Part shown: piece after piece, positions 40,857 to 50,608 of the stretch
Numbering within the stretch: position 1 is the first letter of the stretch
How the letters are laid out: every line of letters begins with the position of its first letter
Assembly: GCA_008363075.1 (NCBI GenBank)
Contig: RHKK01000001.1
Span: 47,758-111,757, forward strand
Length of the DNA: 64,000 nt
Direction of reading: 5' to 3'
Origin: Candidatus Uhrbacteria bacterium
Lineage (GTDB): Bacteria > Patescibacteriota > Patescibacteriia > 2-12-FULL-60-25
Made by a program: the position numbers and the translations under genes
The notes under the pieces: model-generated
Told to the model about the DNA's origin: nothing
The model's input: only the letters and a program-made list of their open reading frames with translations
Databases searched by the model: none

Positions 40857-42911
40857 GAAAACAACGTTGAACGTCTCGTTCTTCAAAAGGTCGGTTTCGT
40901 ACCGATAGCGGTCGTCGCCGAACTGAGATTCGTCCTCGGGCGGCGACGCGCTCCGCACCGTCTTACCCAACCGGAGATCGAGCGTCAATTTTGCCTCGGC
41001 GCCTGGCTGTTTTTGAACCAAAAGCGTGTACGAATCCGATGCGAGCCGGCCGGACACGCGCGCCGGCGGCCGGTAGCGGAATACAAGCTCGCCCGTGCGG
41101 CCGGGTTCGATCACCCAAAACGCACCGAATACCCTTTTGCCCAGCTCGTTGAACACGTCCGGATTGCCGCGCCCGCCGGACCAGGACAGGAGCTCGCTTC
41201 CTTCCGGAACATAGACGCGCGTGTAGCTGCGATACCGGGTGTATCGCCACGTGATGCGCCGGTTCGTATTCGTGTAGCGCAGACGCACGGTCGCGATCGG
41301 GCCGGCCGGATCGGTCGCATCGACGGAGTAGATGATCTCTTTGTCCATGACGCCGTCGGTTTTGAGCGCGGCGAGGTTCGCATCGATCACCCACAATTCA
41401 TCGCCGTCGGTCCCGAGTGCGCGACCTCCCCAGCCGCGTGCATCCACCAGCCGTTGCAACGATGCGTCGGCCGAATACACGAGAATGTCTTTTCGTTCGA
41501 GGCTGGATGCGACGATGTCGAGCATAGACGCCCATCGTGCAGCCGGTTGCGTGGTCAATTTTTCGATAAGCGCATCGCCTACTTTGGAGACGATCTCCTT
41601 GCGTTGTTCGACCGGCAATTGATCTTCGAGAAAAAACCCCTGTTCGACGTCGTATTGCAGTTGGTCGAAGAAGTTCTCGGCGGTGAATGTCTTGTCTTCG
41701 ACCGTGATCGGGCCGGTGAGGAGGAGCAGACGCCGGAAAAACTCCGGTTGCAGCGCGAGCACGCCGTCGAGATGCACGTCCACGTTACGGCCGAGTTTCA
41801 TCTCCCGGATATAAAAATCCATGATGCGCGCCGCGGAATCCGGGAAATCCGGCGACCAGTTGGCGTCGCGCAAAAACCAGGCGGGCACGCCGAGCTCGCG
41901 GCGCATGATCTCGGGCGGCGACTCCTTCCACGTCTCCGCGACGGGATTGTCCACGGCGTACACGTCCTCGAATTCGATGTGTTCGAGGTCGCCGGCATCC
42001 ACGCGCATCACGCCCACGGTGCCGATGAAGCCGCCGGTCGGGCGGATTTCGTCCGCGTTCTGGAGCAGGACAAGATAGGACTTGGGTGCGGGATAGCCGA
42101 GGATCGGGACGGCGATCTCGAGGATGGAAACGGCCTCGCCCAGACGTCGCTCGGCGTCGGGGAGCTGCGCGGCCAAGGGAGAAAGCGCGTTACGAATCGG
42201 GGCGAACAACTCATCCTGCGGCACGCGGCTCCATGCCTCGGCGGCGATTGCGATCTTCTCGCGCGCCGTGCGCAGCCGCGGCAGGGTCTCGGCGAGACGC
42301 GAGACGATCGCGCGCTTCTCCTCCTTCGTCAGGTCGTTGTACGAGCGGTCGGGCGCGACGCCGAGACCGTCCGGCGCCGCCGCGCCGAGCGCCTCCTGGA
42401 TCGAGATCGCGGCGAACAAGAGGTCGCGCATGCCGCTAATCGCGGCCGAGCCCGCGCGCTCGACCTCCTCGAGCGCGCGGATCTTGGAGCCGACCCACGG
42501 CGCCTGGCGCCAAGCGCCGGTCGCGCGCAGGCCCGCACGGACCTCGAGCAATTCCCGTTCCGCGACGGCGAGCTCCTCGTCCGCCGCGCGGAATTCGCGC
42601 GCGAGCGCATGCGTCTGCGCGAGCTTGAGCGCGGACTCGGCACGCAGCGCGGCCGCGCCGGCCCGCGTCCCGCCGATAATCGCGGGCGCGGTCACGAACC
42701 CCGCGATCAGCAACAACAGGATGCCAAGCAGCACCAGCGCCTTGCCCCAGGGGAAGCCGGGACGCGTATCGCGTATCGCGTATCGCGTATCGTCAGAAGG
42801 GCTTTCGGTTTTGAGTTTTGAGTTTTGAGTTTTGAGTTCGCCAACACTCCCCTCCGGCAGCTCCGGCACGGCGGGACACGTCAAAAAATTCGGATGCCGT
42901 TCGTCGGGCAT
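40851..42911 (-). CDS. DUF4012 domain membrane protein
   Basis: 686 aa with an N-terminal TM, a coiled region, and LLQNADEIRPTGGFIGTVG, which matches the DUF4012 signature as I recall it. Confidence 0.8.
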   Translation of the reverse strand: MPDERHPNFLTCPAVPELPEGSVGELKTQNSKLKTESPSDDTRYAIRDTRPGFPWGKALVLLGILLLLIAGFVTAPAIIGGTRAGAAALRAESALKLAQTHALAREFRAADEELAVAERELLEVRAGLRATGAWRQAPWVGSKIRALEEVERAGSAAISGMRDLLFAAISIQEALGAAAPDGLGVAPDRSYNDLTKEEKRAIVSRLAETLPRLRTAREKIAIAAEAWSRVPQDELFAPIRNALSPLAAQLPDAERRLGEAVSILEIAVPILGYPAPKSYLVLLQNADEIRPTGGFIGTVGVMRVDAGDLEHIEFEDVYAVDNPVAETWKESPPEIMRRELGVPAWFLRDANWSPDFPDSAARIMDFYIREMKLGRNVDVHLDGVLALQPEFFRRLLLLTGPITVEDKTFTAENFFDQLQYDVEQGFFLEDQLPVEQRKEIVSKVGDALIEKLTTQPAARWASMLDIVASSLERKDILVYSADASLQRLVDARGWGGRALGTDGDELWVIDANLAALKTDGVMDKEIIYSVDATDPAGPIATVRLRYTNTNRRITWRYTRYRSYTRVYVPEGSELLSWSGGRGNPDVFNELGKRVFGAFWVIEPGRTGELVFRYRPPARVSGRLASDSYTLLVQKQPGAEAKLTLDLRLGKTVRSASPPEDESQFGDDRYRYETDLLKNETFNVVFE
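42764..42835. repeat. two perfect heptanucleotide arrays, (GCGTATC)x4 and (GTTTTGA)x4, in the 5' part of the DUF4012 ORF
   Basis: Arrays at 42764-42791 and 42808-42835, read directly from the sequence. They are translated as ..LKTQNSKLKT..TRYAIRDTR.. Confidence 0.95.
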
Positions 42912-42935
42912 GCGGTTATCTTAGCACGACGCGTG

Positions 42936-43751
42936 TCACGCGCCCCTCGACGTCGGCTTGCCGCGATATTTCAAAAAATACGTGATGCCGCTTTGGATGT
43001 GGGCGCGGGCGAGGCGGTTGGTGAGCGCCTCCCAGGGATATTTGGTGCGGCTTTCACGCTGAAGATAGTGCACGAACCTCGCCTGCGGCGTGTACGCGAC
43101 GCGATGCCCCGCCTCCCAGACGCGCCGACAGAGATCGGTGTCCTCGAAATACATGAAGAATCTCTCATCGAACGGCCCTACATGCTCGAGCACGGACCGA
43201 CGGATGCACATCGCCGATCCCTGTACCCAATCCACGTCCTGTTCCGCGTTCCGGTCCATGTCGTGCATGAGATAGGACGCGATGGCACGCCTCCCCCACG
43301 GCGTCGCACCGAGCAGCGTGCGGCGGTAGAGCGGGATGAACGGCCCGGGAAAGCGGTAACTCGAATATTGATCCGTCCCATCGGGGTTGAGCGTGCGCGG
43401 GCCGGAAATCCCGACGTCGGGCCGACGATCCATCCACTCGATCCATGCGTCGAGTTCGCCGGGGAACACGGTGAGATCCGGATTGAGCAGCACGACGTAT
43501 TCGCCCGTGGCGCGGCTGATCCCAAGATTGTTGCCGCCGCCAAATCCGAGGTTCCTGTCCGTTTTGATGAGCGTCGCCCACGGATAGCGCCGGACGGCCG
43601 GGTCGAGCGTGTCGCTATCGGATGCATTGTCCACGATGAAATACTCGTACGAAAACGCCGGCTTTGCCTCGTCGATGCCGCGCAGGAGATGCCGGATGAA
43701 ATGCGGCGTTTTATAGTTGACCGTCACGAAGGACACCTTGGGTTTCCGCAT
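42936..43751 (-). CDS. glycosyltransferase family 2
   Basis: 271 aa. VSFVTVNYKT..FIVDNASDSDT, NLGFGGGNN and LLNPD motifs. Confidence 0.88.
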   Translation of the reverse strand: MRKPKVSFVTVNYKTPHFIRHLLRGIDEAKPAFSYEYFIVDNASDSDTLDPAVRRYPWATLIKTDRNLGFGGGNNLGISRATGEYVVLLNPDLTVFPGELDAWIEWMDRRPDVGISGPRTLNPDGTDQYSSYRFPGPFIPLYRRTLLGATPWGRRAIASYLMHDMDRNAEQDVDWVQGSAMCIRRSVLEHVGPFDERFFMYFEDTDLCRRVWEAGHRVAYTPQARFVHYLQRESRTKYPWEALTNRLARAHIQSGITYFLKYRGKPTSRGA

Positions 43752-43766
43752 ACTTCCTGCGTTTCC

Positions 43767-44480
43767 TTACCGCGATCCGTCGCGCGCGGCAAGCCGCCAC
43801 GCTCGCGCGTCCCGCGCCACCGCGAGACCATAGCCCGCGGCACGCAGGCCGCGAAAGAGACCCATGGCCGCATCCTCCCACGATCCGGTTTCGCGCAGCC
43901 ATGGTCCGCGCGGCGAGAGCACGCGCAATGCCGAGAGCCGCACGGCGAAACAGGACGGCGCGGGCGCGAACGCGGCGCGGGCGTCGGTGATGGGTTTCGA
44001 GCGACCCAACCAACTCAGGGAAATCCCCGCCGCATCGATCACGTCGGTGCGCTCGAGCTCGCGGCGTTCGCCGTCGAGCGAGCCCGCGACATGCGCGCGA
44101 TACACGACGGGTCCGACGCAGGCGAGTCGCGCATCCGCCTCAAACAGGCGCCGGAGCTCGCGCAAAAGGTCCGGCGCGACGACCACGTCGGGCGTCAGCA
44201 GGAGCGCGATCGTCTCGGCCGTTTCCGCGGCAGACGCGTGCAGGGCGAGCTCGACGGCCTGGTTGTGACATCGGCCGTGGGATTGCGGCCGCGGATTGCG
44301 CAGCCAGCGTATATCGGACCACTCGATCTCCGGACGCGGCCGGCCCGATGGCGCGTTATCGACCACGATCACGGCGTCCGGCCGCGGATGCGCGGCCTCG
44401 AGCGCGTAGAGCGCATCGAGCAGGGACCCGCTCGGATCGTCCGACGCTACGTGGGCGGACCAACGGACGGCATCACTCAT
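43767..44480 (-). CDS. glycosyltransferase family 2-like protein
   Basis: 237 aa. VIVVDNAPSG.., LLLTPDVVV. Divergent. Confidence 0.65.
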   Translation of the reverse strand: MSDAVRWSAHVASDDPSGSLLDALYALEAAHPRPDAVIVVDNAPSGRPRPEIEWSDIRWLRNPRPQSHGRCHNQAVELALHASAAETAETIALLLTPDVVVAPDLLRELRRLFEADARLACVGPVVYRAHVAGSLDGERRELERTDVIDAAGISLSWLGRSKPITDARAAFAPAPSCFAVRLSALRVLSPRGPWLRETGSWEDAAMGLFRGLRAAGYGLAVARDARAWRLAARDGSR

Positions 44481-45967
44481 ACGGATTTCTGCACGCGTTT
44501 CGGAGAGACGTTGAAACCAAGCCGCTTGCCGAGCAGCAGCCGCGTCTGCGCGTCAATCGCCGGGATTGCGCCGAACACGACGAACGTGACCGGCAGCAAC
44601 AGCCACTGCGCCAGAATGACGAACCACGCGTACGGCTTCGAGATATGCTTGGGGATCGGCGGCAGGAGCGTGAGCGCGAGGCCCGCGGACACGAACAAGC
44701 CGATCATGGCGAGGCGCATGAGCCATTGGAGCGTGAAGGGAGTGTTCTGGAAAATCGCGAAGCTGCGGAACTCCTCCGGCGCGACCCAGAACGGCAGATA
44801 CCCGAGGATGAAAATGAGGAACGGCGCCGTCGCCCACGTGTACATCCCCTCGAGTTGCTTGAAGATCCACCAGAACTTGGTCCGGAACGGCATGTCTTTA
44901 TCCTTTTGGAACGCCTCCGCCATGTACGGGAAGTTCTCGACGCCCCAGGCCCAACGGCGTAGTTGCTTGTACAGCGCGGGCAGGGCTTTCCAGTAATGCC
45001 CCGTCATCACCGTATCCATCGACACGGGCAGATGGATCGGCGTCACGCGATATTCGCCGTGATAGCGCACGAGTCCCTGCAGGAAGATGCGCGAATCCTC
45101 GGAGACGATGTCCTTTTGCCAATAGCCCACGTCCATAAGCATGCGCAGCGACATGGAATGCGACGAGAACGTCATCATCCCTTCCGGACGCGCAAGCTCG
45201 GTCATGAGCCAGAACGTCGTGCCGAACATGGCGACGCGCACGGCGGCCGGCGACTCCCACAGGTTGTTGTTGTACAACGCGACGGGCTGGTACGAACTGC
45301 GCGTCGGCTGCGGAACCGTGAGATAGTGGTAGGTCAGGCATGAGAAATACTGTGGATGGACAATCGTGTCCACGTCAAAGGAGGAGACGATGGTCGCGTC
45401 CGGATCAAGGCCGGCCGCCACAAGCCTCGGCACGATCTGCGACGCGGACCAATGCAGGTTCGAGCCTTTGCCGGGGATTTCGTCCGGCGCGTCCTTCGGG
45501 TGGGTCGTGGTATAGAGTCCCGCAAACGCGTTCCCGAACTCCGGCTCGACGGCCGCGACGATTGCCCGGAACCGTTCCACATCGCGTTCCTCCCCCGCCA
45601 GAACCACGTGCATACGTTTCGCGGGATAGGCGCAGGTCGAAAGCGAACGCAGCGTCTCACGGATCACCGGAAGCTCCTCCTTATAAGTCGGAAGGAATAC
45701 CAGATGCCGGATGAGATCGTATCCCGTCTGCCGCTCGGCATCGGCCTGCCAATTCCGCTTGAGCGCCACACGGTATCGGAACCAGGATATGAACAGGAAG
45801 GGGATGAAGTACGTGATACGGAGGAGCCAGTACAAATCGAACACGATGATGAAATAGACCATCCAAATCGGACGGATGAACGACAAGGTCACCGATGCGA
45901 CGAGCGTGGTCCAGACAAGCACGCCGGGAAGGATTTCGCAGGCGCGAATGAAGCGACTCTTGTTCAT
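44477..45967 (-). CDS. membrane-embedded processive glycosyltransferase family 2 (cellulose/chitin-synthase-like)
   Basis: 496 aa. N- and C-terminal TM helices flank a GT2 core with FLPTYKEE, FDVD, and the QLRRWAWG (QxxRW) motif. Confidence 0.8.
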   Translation of the reverse strand: MNKSRFIRACEILPGVLVWTTLVASVTLSFIRPIWMVYFIIVFDLYWLLRITYFIPFLFISWFRYRVALKRNWQADAERQTGYDLIRHLVFLPTYKEELPVIRETLRSLSTCAYPAKRMHVVLAGEERDVERFRAIVAAVEPEFGNAFAGLYTTTHPKDAPDEIPGKGSNLHWSASQIVPRLVAAGLDPDATIVSSFDVDTIVHPQYFSCLTYHYLTVPQPTRSSYQPVALYNNNLWESPAAVRVAMFGTTFWLMTELARPEGMMTFSSHSMSLRMLMDVGYWQKDIVSEDSRIFLQGLVRYHGEYRVTPIHLPVSMDTVMTGHYWKALPALYKQLRRWAWGVENFPYMAEAFQKDKDMPFRTKFWWIFKQLEGMYTWATAPFLIFILGYLPFWVAPEEFRSFAIFQNTPFTLQWLMRLAMIGLFVSAGLALTLLPPIPKHISKPYAWFVILAQWLLLPVTFVVFGAIPAIDAQTRLLLGKRLGFNVSPKRVQKSV

Positions 45968-46389
45968 GCGGCGGGCGTTTTGGGTACGGTGATGTTGGGC
46001 TCGCGGTCGTACACCGGCGCGACATACGACGAGGTCGAGATGTCGCCGGAGGCGAGCCGCGCCGCGAGGCCCGCGAGGTCATGCGCTTCGGCGGCGGAAA
46101 CGGCGACCAGCGGGAGCCGGAGCAGTCGTGCAAGAAGATTCGCGTCGAGGACGCCGCCACGCACCGCGGAAAACGACCCCGGCCCCTCGACCACACAAAC
46201 GCCGGAGAGCTCTCTCCCCCTTTTTAAGGGGGAGTTGGAGGGGGTCACGAGATCCTTGGCGATCATCGGCAGCAGGATGGATGCTCGTCCTTCGCGTTCC
46301 GTTTGTTTTTGCACGACGCCGCCCTCAAGCCAGGCGTATCGAATGCGACCTTGTTCATGCGTGTCGATGAAGAGCCAGGCCATACGCAT
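45964..46389 (-). CDS. tsaB: TsaB-like tRNA t6A protein (short, N-domain only)
   Basis: 141 aa. The ..GVCVVEGPGSFSAVRGG.. motif corresponds to GPGSFTGLRIG of TsaB. Confidence 0.6.
   Translation of the reverse strand: MRMAWLFIDTHEQGRIRYAWLEGGVVQKQTEREGRASILLPMIAKDLVTPSNSPLKRGRELSGVCVVEGPGSFSAVRGGVLDANLLARLLRLPLVAVSAAEAHDLAGLAARLASGDISTSSYVAPVYDREPNITVPKTPAA
46211..46246. repeat. C-run/G-run hairpin element in frame inside the tsaB-like gene
   Basis: CTCTCCCCCTTTTTAAGGGGGAGTTGGAGGGGGTC, translated on the minus strand as VTPSNSPLKRGRE. Confidence 0.7.
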
Positions 46390-46991
46390 TACGTCTCGCG
46401 TTCGGCGAGCTTGTCCACGACGACATGCTTGCGGCCTTCGAGGATCGAGTACAGGAATTTGTCGGTCATGTCCTTGCGATAGCGGAACTCTTCCGGCGAC
46501 ATGACCGTGAAGTTGATCTCGTATCCGAGCGCGCGTTCGGCTTCCTGGATCAGCCTCTTGAGTTGCGCCTCGTTGACCGCGCCGACGATAAAGACGTCCA
46601 CCGGCGCGCGCTCGCCGAGGAAGACGCCGAGGAACGCAAGGTATTTCACATCGCCGATCTTGGGGATTTCCTGGTCGAGACGCCCTTCGTACAGCGCCTG
46701 CGCGCGCAGAAGCAGCGCGGACAACTCCTTGAGCAGGCGGAAATCGGGGTTGACCTTATAATATTTTTTTTTCAACCCGGGCTGGCGCGCCTTTCCCTGC
46801 GCGTGCTCCGACTCGGCGGTTTCGACGATCAGGCCGAGTTTGAGCAGGTTGGACAGCTCGCGTCGCACGGCGTTGATCTGCGTCCCGATGCGTCGCGTGA
46901 TCTCGCGCACGAAGATGGGCTCGTCCGGACTGCGGAGGAAGAGACTCAAGAGCTTGACGCGGGTTCGCGAACCAAAAAGGTGTTCAAGCAT
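46389..46991 (-). CDS. winged-helix transcriptional regulator
   Basis: 200 aa from MLEHLFGSRTRVKLLSLFL..IFVREITRRIGTQINAVRRELSNLLKLGLI. Only this C-terminal part of the 913-aa ORF looks like protein. Confidence 0.75.
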   Translation of the reverse strand: MLEHLFGSRTRVKLLSLFLRSPDEPIFVREITRRIGTQINAVRRELSNLLKLGLIVETAESEHAQGKARQPGLKKKYYKVNPDFRLLKELSALLLRAQALYEGRLDQEIPKIGDVKYLAFLGVFLGERAPVDVFIVGAVNEAQLKRLIQEAERALGYEINFTVMSPEEFRYRKDMTDKFLYSILEGRKHVVVDKLAERET

Positions 46992-47096
46992 ACGCTGAAC
47001 CCTATCTTGCCCAAGGTTCCCCCGCTTGACAAGACGGGGACTTTGCCCGCGTTTGCTGGACGTATCCGATCCGGAAAACCTATACTCAACCTCGAT

Positions 47097-49151
47097 ATGG
47101 AACAGGCGTTCCGCATCGCGGAAATCGAGCGAAGCCATGCGGGCGGCGACCGCATCGTCGGGCTCTTCCGGTACGACGGGTTCGAGCGCGGTAAACGCGG
47201 GACAAACCTCTTGCTCATCGCCGACATCGACTCCACACTGTACGCGTACGAACAACTCCTGGATACGCTGAACGAGGCGACCGAGCAGACACGCCGTCTG
47301 CTCGCGGCCTTCGAGGGCGATCCGATGGCGCGATTCGAGAAGCTCGTGCAACGACTGAACGAGGCCGTCGCGACGTTCGTGGAGCGCGAACCGACAGCGA
47401 TCGCCTGGAATCGCGTAAACTTGTTCCTCCTCGAATACCACGACGGGCTTTTGTGCGTGACCGGTACGGGCCGGCTCGCCAACATGTTCCTCCAGAAGCA
47501 GCCGGACGGCGGATGGAAAGGCTTCGATCTGTTCGGCTCGCTGGAACAACCGGCCGAGGTCGATCCCAAAAAACCGTTCGCCTCGTTCATCTGCGGCGAT
47601 CTCAAGCCGGGCGACGTCCTCTTCGCGGGGACGCGGAATTTCGACGGGATGCGCGGTGAGCTGAAGATTGCGGAGCATCTCAAAACGCTTCCACCGGTGA
47701 CGGCCGCGCTGGAAATCAAGCAAGAGCTGGACCGACGCAATGTCAGCGACGACTTTGCGGGCGTGGCGGCCTGGCTGTCGCCGCTCACGCGCGAAGAGAA
47801 GATCCAGGTCGTCGAGGAGGCGGGCAAAAGCACGCGTTCCGTGGAAAAACTGTACGCACACGAACAAGAAACCGAGGGCGTCCTCTCCCCCGCGATCCGG
47901 CCGCCTAAGCCGGCCGCGACACTCGTGGGTATGTTCGCGGAACTCACGTCGCGCCTGAAGAACCGCCGACCGAAATCGGCCGATCCGGTCGCGGTGGCGG
48001 GTCTGCGCAACACCGCCGCCGGTCACGGTTCGACGCTCACGGTCAAGCGGAAGCGCCAACTGATCGCGGGCGGCATCCTGCTCGCCGTGATCCTCGCGGG
48101 CGCATGGTGGTTCCAGAATGACCGGAAGCTGAAGGCGGAACAGGCGTTGTGGAACAGCGTGTACGACCAGGCCGTGGACCGGAAAACGCAGGCGGAGGCG
48201 AATATCGTCTACAACAACGACAACCGGGCGCGACAACTCCTGAAGGAGGGACGCGACCTCGCGAACGGTCTGGACGAAAAGACGATCGAACGCCGGGAGG
48301 CCAGGCAAAAGCTCCTCGGCGAATTCGAGGACATCGCGACCAGGCTGCGCCACGAGGTGACCGTCATGGAACCGCCTGAAATCGCGACCGCGACGCTCGG
48401 CGCGCCCGACGAAGCGCTCACGACCGTCTCGGCGGCCGGCGGCAGCGTGTTCGCGACCGACACGAGCGCGCGGCAGCTCATCGAGGTAAAACCCGCGACG
48501 CGCGAAACCAAGCGCCACGACCTGCCGCAAGGACTCGGTCGCCTGATTGCCTCTTGGCCCGGCACTTCCGGTATCTATCTGCTTGACGACCAGCGCAAAC
48601 TCTTCGTATTCGATCAGGAGGAAGGCACGTTCTCGCAAGTCGCGTGGACGGCAAGCCAGGTGAGCAGCACGTCGGCGTTTGCCGTCTATGGACGCCGCTT
48701 CTACATGCTCGATACGCAAAGCAACATGGTGTGGCGGTACGCGCCGTCGGGCAGCGGGATCGCGCAAGAGACCGCGTATCTCAAACAGAACTCCGCCGAG
48801 CTCGCCAACGCGACGGCGATCGCCGTGGACCAAAACGTCTGGCTCGCCTTCCGCGACGGCACGGTGAAACGCTACAGCACCGGCGCCGAGGACACGTTCG
48901 CGCTTCCCGCCATCGATCCTCCGCTCACGAATATTTCCGCGATGTGGACCGACGATGTGAGCAATCTCTTTGTCGTGACGGATGCCGTCGGCAAGCGCGT
49001 GCTCGTCTTCCGCAAGGATGGGCGTCTCATCGTGCAGTACACGTCGCCCGCCCTCACGGGTCCGACATCCGTACACGCCGACCGCGACGCGAAGAAAATC
49101 TACGTCGTCGATAACAACAAGGTGTATCAATTCGATTTACCGAATCCGTAA
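47097..49151 (+). CDS. hypothetical membrane protein with a beta-propeller-like C-terminal domain
   Basis: 684 aa from MEQAFRIAEIER. It has a central TM (LIAGGILLAVILAGAWWF) and repeated ..YVVD/..FVVTD-type strands at the C-terminus. Divergent from the regulator gene. Confidence 0.7.
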   Translation: MEQAFRIAEIERSHAGGDRIVGLFRYDGFERGKRGTNLLLIADIDSTLYAYEQLLDTLNEATEQTRRLLAAFEGDPMARFEKLVQRLNEAVATFVEREPTAIAWNRVNLFLLEYHDGLLCVTGTGRLANMFLQKQPDGGWKGFDLFGSLEQPAEVDPKKPFASFICGDLKPGDVLFAGTRNFDGMRGELKIAEHLKTLPPVTAALEIKQELDRRNVSDDFAGVAAWLSPLTREEKIQVVEEAGKSTRSVEKLYAHEQETEGVLSPAIRPPKPAATLVGMFAELTSRLKNRRPKSADPVAVAGLRNTAAGHGSTLTVKRKRQLIAGGILLAVILAGAWWFQNDRKLKAEQALWNSVYDQAVDRKTQAEANIVYNNDNRARQLLKEGRDLANGLDEKTIERREARQKLLGEFEDIATRLRHEVTVMEPPEIATATLGAPDEALTTVSAAGGSVFATDTSARQLIEVKPATRETKRHDLPQGLGRLIASWPGTSGIYLLDDQRKLFVFDQEEGTFSQVAWTASQVSSTSAFAVYGRRFYMLDTQSNMVWRYAPSGSGIAQETAYLKQNSAELANATAIAVDQNVWLAFRDGTVKRYSTGAEDTFALPAIDPPLTNISAMWTDDVSNLFVVTDAVGKRVLVFRKDGRLIVQYTSPALTGPTSVHADRDAKKIYVVDNNKVYQFDLPNP

Positions 49152-49177
49152 ACGAGTAACGAGTAGCGAGGCGGAAT

Positions 49178-49240
49178 GTCATTCTGAACGAAGTGAAGAA
49201 TCCCACTCCGAGTGAGATCCTTCGCTCCGCTCAGGATGAC
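49178..49240. repeat. hairpin repeat family A, copy 3
   Basis: Arms GTCATTCTGAACGAAGTGAAGAATCCC / GAGATCCTTCGCTCCGCTCAGGATGAC. Located 3' of the 47097-49151 gene. Confidence 0.85.
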
Positions 49241-49283
49241 GATTTTGTCACGTGCTGCATGTTACGTGATAGAATATCTGCGT

Positions 49284-50078
49284 ATGCCTCCGCGAAAAAC
49301 AAAAACGACAAAAGGATCACCGAAGACAAAAGACGCGTCTTGGAAACTCACAACCATCCCGCTTCACTCGTGGATTCTGTTCTGGGTTCTCATCCTCGCG
49401 ACCATGGCGCTTGCGAGCGTGTGCTTCACGACCGCGTTCCGCCCGGCCGAGAATCAAGCGGATGCCGAAGCGCTTGCCGTCTTCGAAGCCGTGAAAAAGA
49501 ATCTCGAAAGGCAGATTACGGAGTTGGAGGGGAAGGTAGAAGTGTCGCAGCAACCGGGGGGTCGGATCATTATCGATGCCACGTCGAATCAACTCACGGA
49601 AGATGAGGTCTTTCAGTCGAAGTGGAACATCGAACCAGCTACGGTCTATGTTCAACATATCGATCCTACGACCAAGCTATCCATGACCCTCCCCTATAAC
49701 TTTTCTTGGGGAACGGAAAAGTACGCGCTCAATCCGGTTGATGCCTATGCGAACTTCATCTTGTTTGGACCTGCGTACCCATTCGAAGGCGGTCTCACAC
49801 GAGGAGCAAGCCTCTCTATTGAAAATTCGACAAGCTCCGCTGCCATTCGGAAAGAAATACAGACGCTGCGGAATAATGGTGAGCAGATCGAAGAGATTCG
49901 AGAAAGAATTATTAACGGTATGACCGTGATCTCTTTCACTCAAGGCGATGGTTCATCCTATACACGCAACCTCTGGATTGGAGTCGGCCGAACCTATCTT
50001 TATCGTATCGAATCAAGCGGCTGGCTCACGGATGCGGAGGCGGTGAAGATCATCCAATCCCTGCGCGTCGCGAAATAA
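49284..50078 (+). CDS. hypothetical membrane-anchored protein
   Basis: 264 aa from MPPRKTKTTKG.. with one TM (SWILFWVLILATMALASV). Visibly AT-richer than its neighbours. Confidence 0.6.
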   Translation: MPPRKTKTTKGSPKTKDASWKLTTIPLHSWILFWVLILATMALASVCFTTAFRPAENQADAEALAVFEAVKKNLERQITELEGKVEVSQQPGGRIIIDATSNQLTEDEVFQSKWNIEPATVYVQHIDPTTKLSMTLPYNFSWGTEKYALNPVDAYANFILFGPAYPFEGGLTRGASLSIENSTSSAAIRKEIQTLRNNGEQIEEIRERIINGMTVISFTQGDGSSYTRNLWIGVGRTYLYRIESSGWLTDAEAVKIIQSLRVAK

Positions 50079-50162
50079 AAAAGCGGGTGACGCGGCGAGC
50101 GATTTCTCGTCACGACGAACGTCGGGAACGAAAATCGTGAACCGCGGCAGGACCCGCTTTTT
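50078..50162. terminator. putative bidirectional terminator between convergent genes
   Basis: AAAAAGCGGGT ... ACCCGCTTTTT long-range stem with an internal GTGACG..CGTCAC hairpin. Confidence 0.4.
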
Positions 50163-50172
50163 GTTATCTCAC

Positions 50173-50571
50173 TTACTTCAGGTTGACCTTTCCGCCGGCC
50201 TCTTCGATCTTCTTCTTCATGTCCTCGGCTTCGGCCTTGGCCACGCCTTCCTTCATGACCTTCGGGGCCGCGTCCACGATGTCCTTGGCCTCCTTCAAGC
50301 CGAGACCCGTGATTTCGCGCACCACCTTGATGACGGCGATCTTGTTGCCGCCCGCCTCGGCAAGCTCCACGTCGAACGTGGACTTCTCTTCCGCGGCACC
50401 ACCGGCGGCGGCACCACCGGCCATCATGACCGGCGCGGCGGCCGACACGCCAAACTTTTCTTCAAGCAGCTTCACGAGCTCGGCGAGCTCCATGACGGTC
50501 AGCTTCTCGATGGAATCGACGAGACCCTGGAACTTGGCCGGGATCTCGACCTGCTTCGTCTCTTCTGACAT
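50173..50571 (-). CDS. rplL: 50S ribosomal protein L7/L12
   Basis: 132 aa. Ala/Gly hinge and C-terminal domain [23 protein letters not shown]. Confidence 0.97.
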   Translation of the reverse strand: MSEETKQVEIPAKFQGLVDSIEKLTVMELAELVKLLEEKFGVSAAAPVMMAGGAAAGGAAEEKSTFDVELAEAGGNKIAVIKVVREITGLGLKEAKDIVDAAPKVMKEGVAKAEAEDMKKKIEEAGGKVNLK

Positions 50572-50608
50572 AGCGTTGTGTAGTTACGTTGATTGAATGA
50601 ATGAAACG

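Noticed and set aside
38680-42835. Interpreting the heptamer arrays or hairpin families as a CRISPR array.
   Set aside because: The units are 7 nt and contiguous, with no spacers of about 30 nt. The copies are dispersed singly and no cas genes are present.
42825-44996. A 723-aa plus-strand ORF.
   Set aside because: It runs antisense across three separately recognisable minus-strand glycosyltransferase genes. It has Arg-rich shadow-ORF composition.
46992-49130. The upstream 700 aa of the 913-aa minus-strand ORF 46389-49130.
   Set aside because: Only the last 200 aa (46389-46991) look like a real protein, a wHTH regulator. The rest is Arg/Gly/His/Asp-rich and runs exactly antisense to the well-behaved plus-strand gene 47097-49151. 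This is a typical GC-rich shadow ORF.
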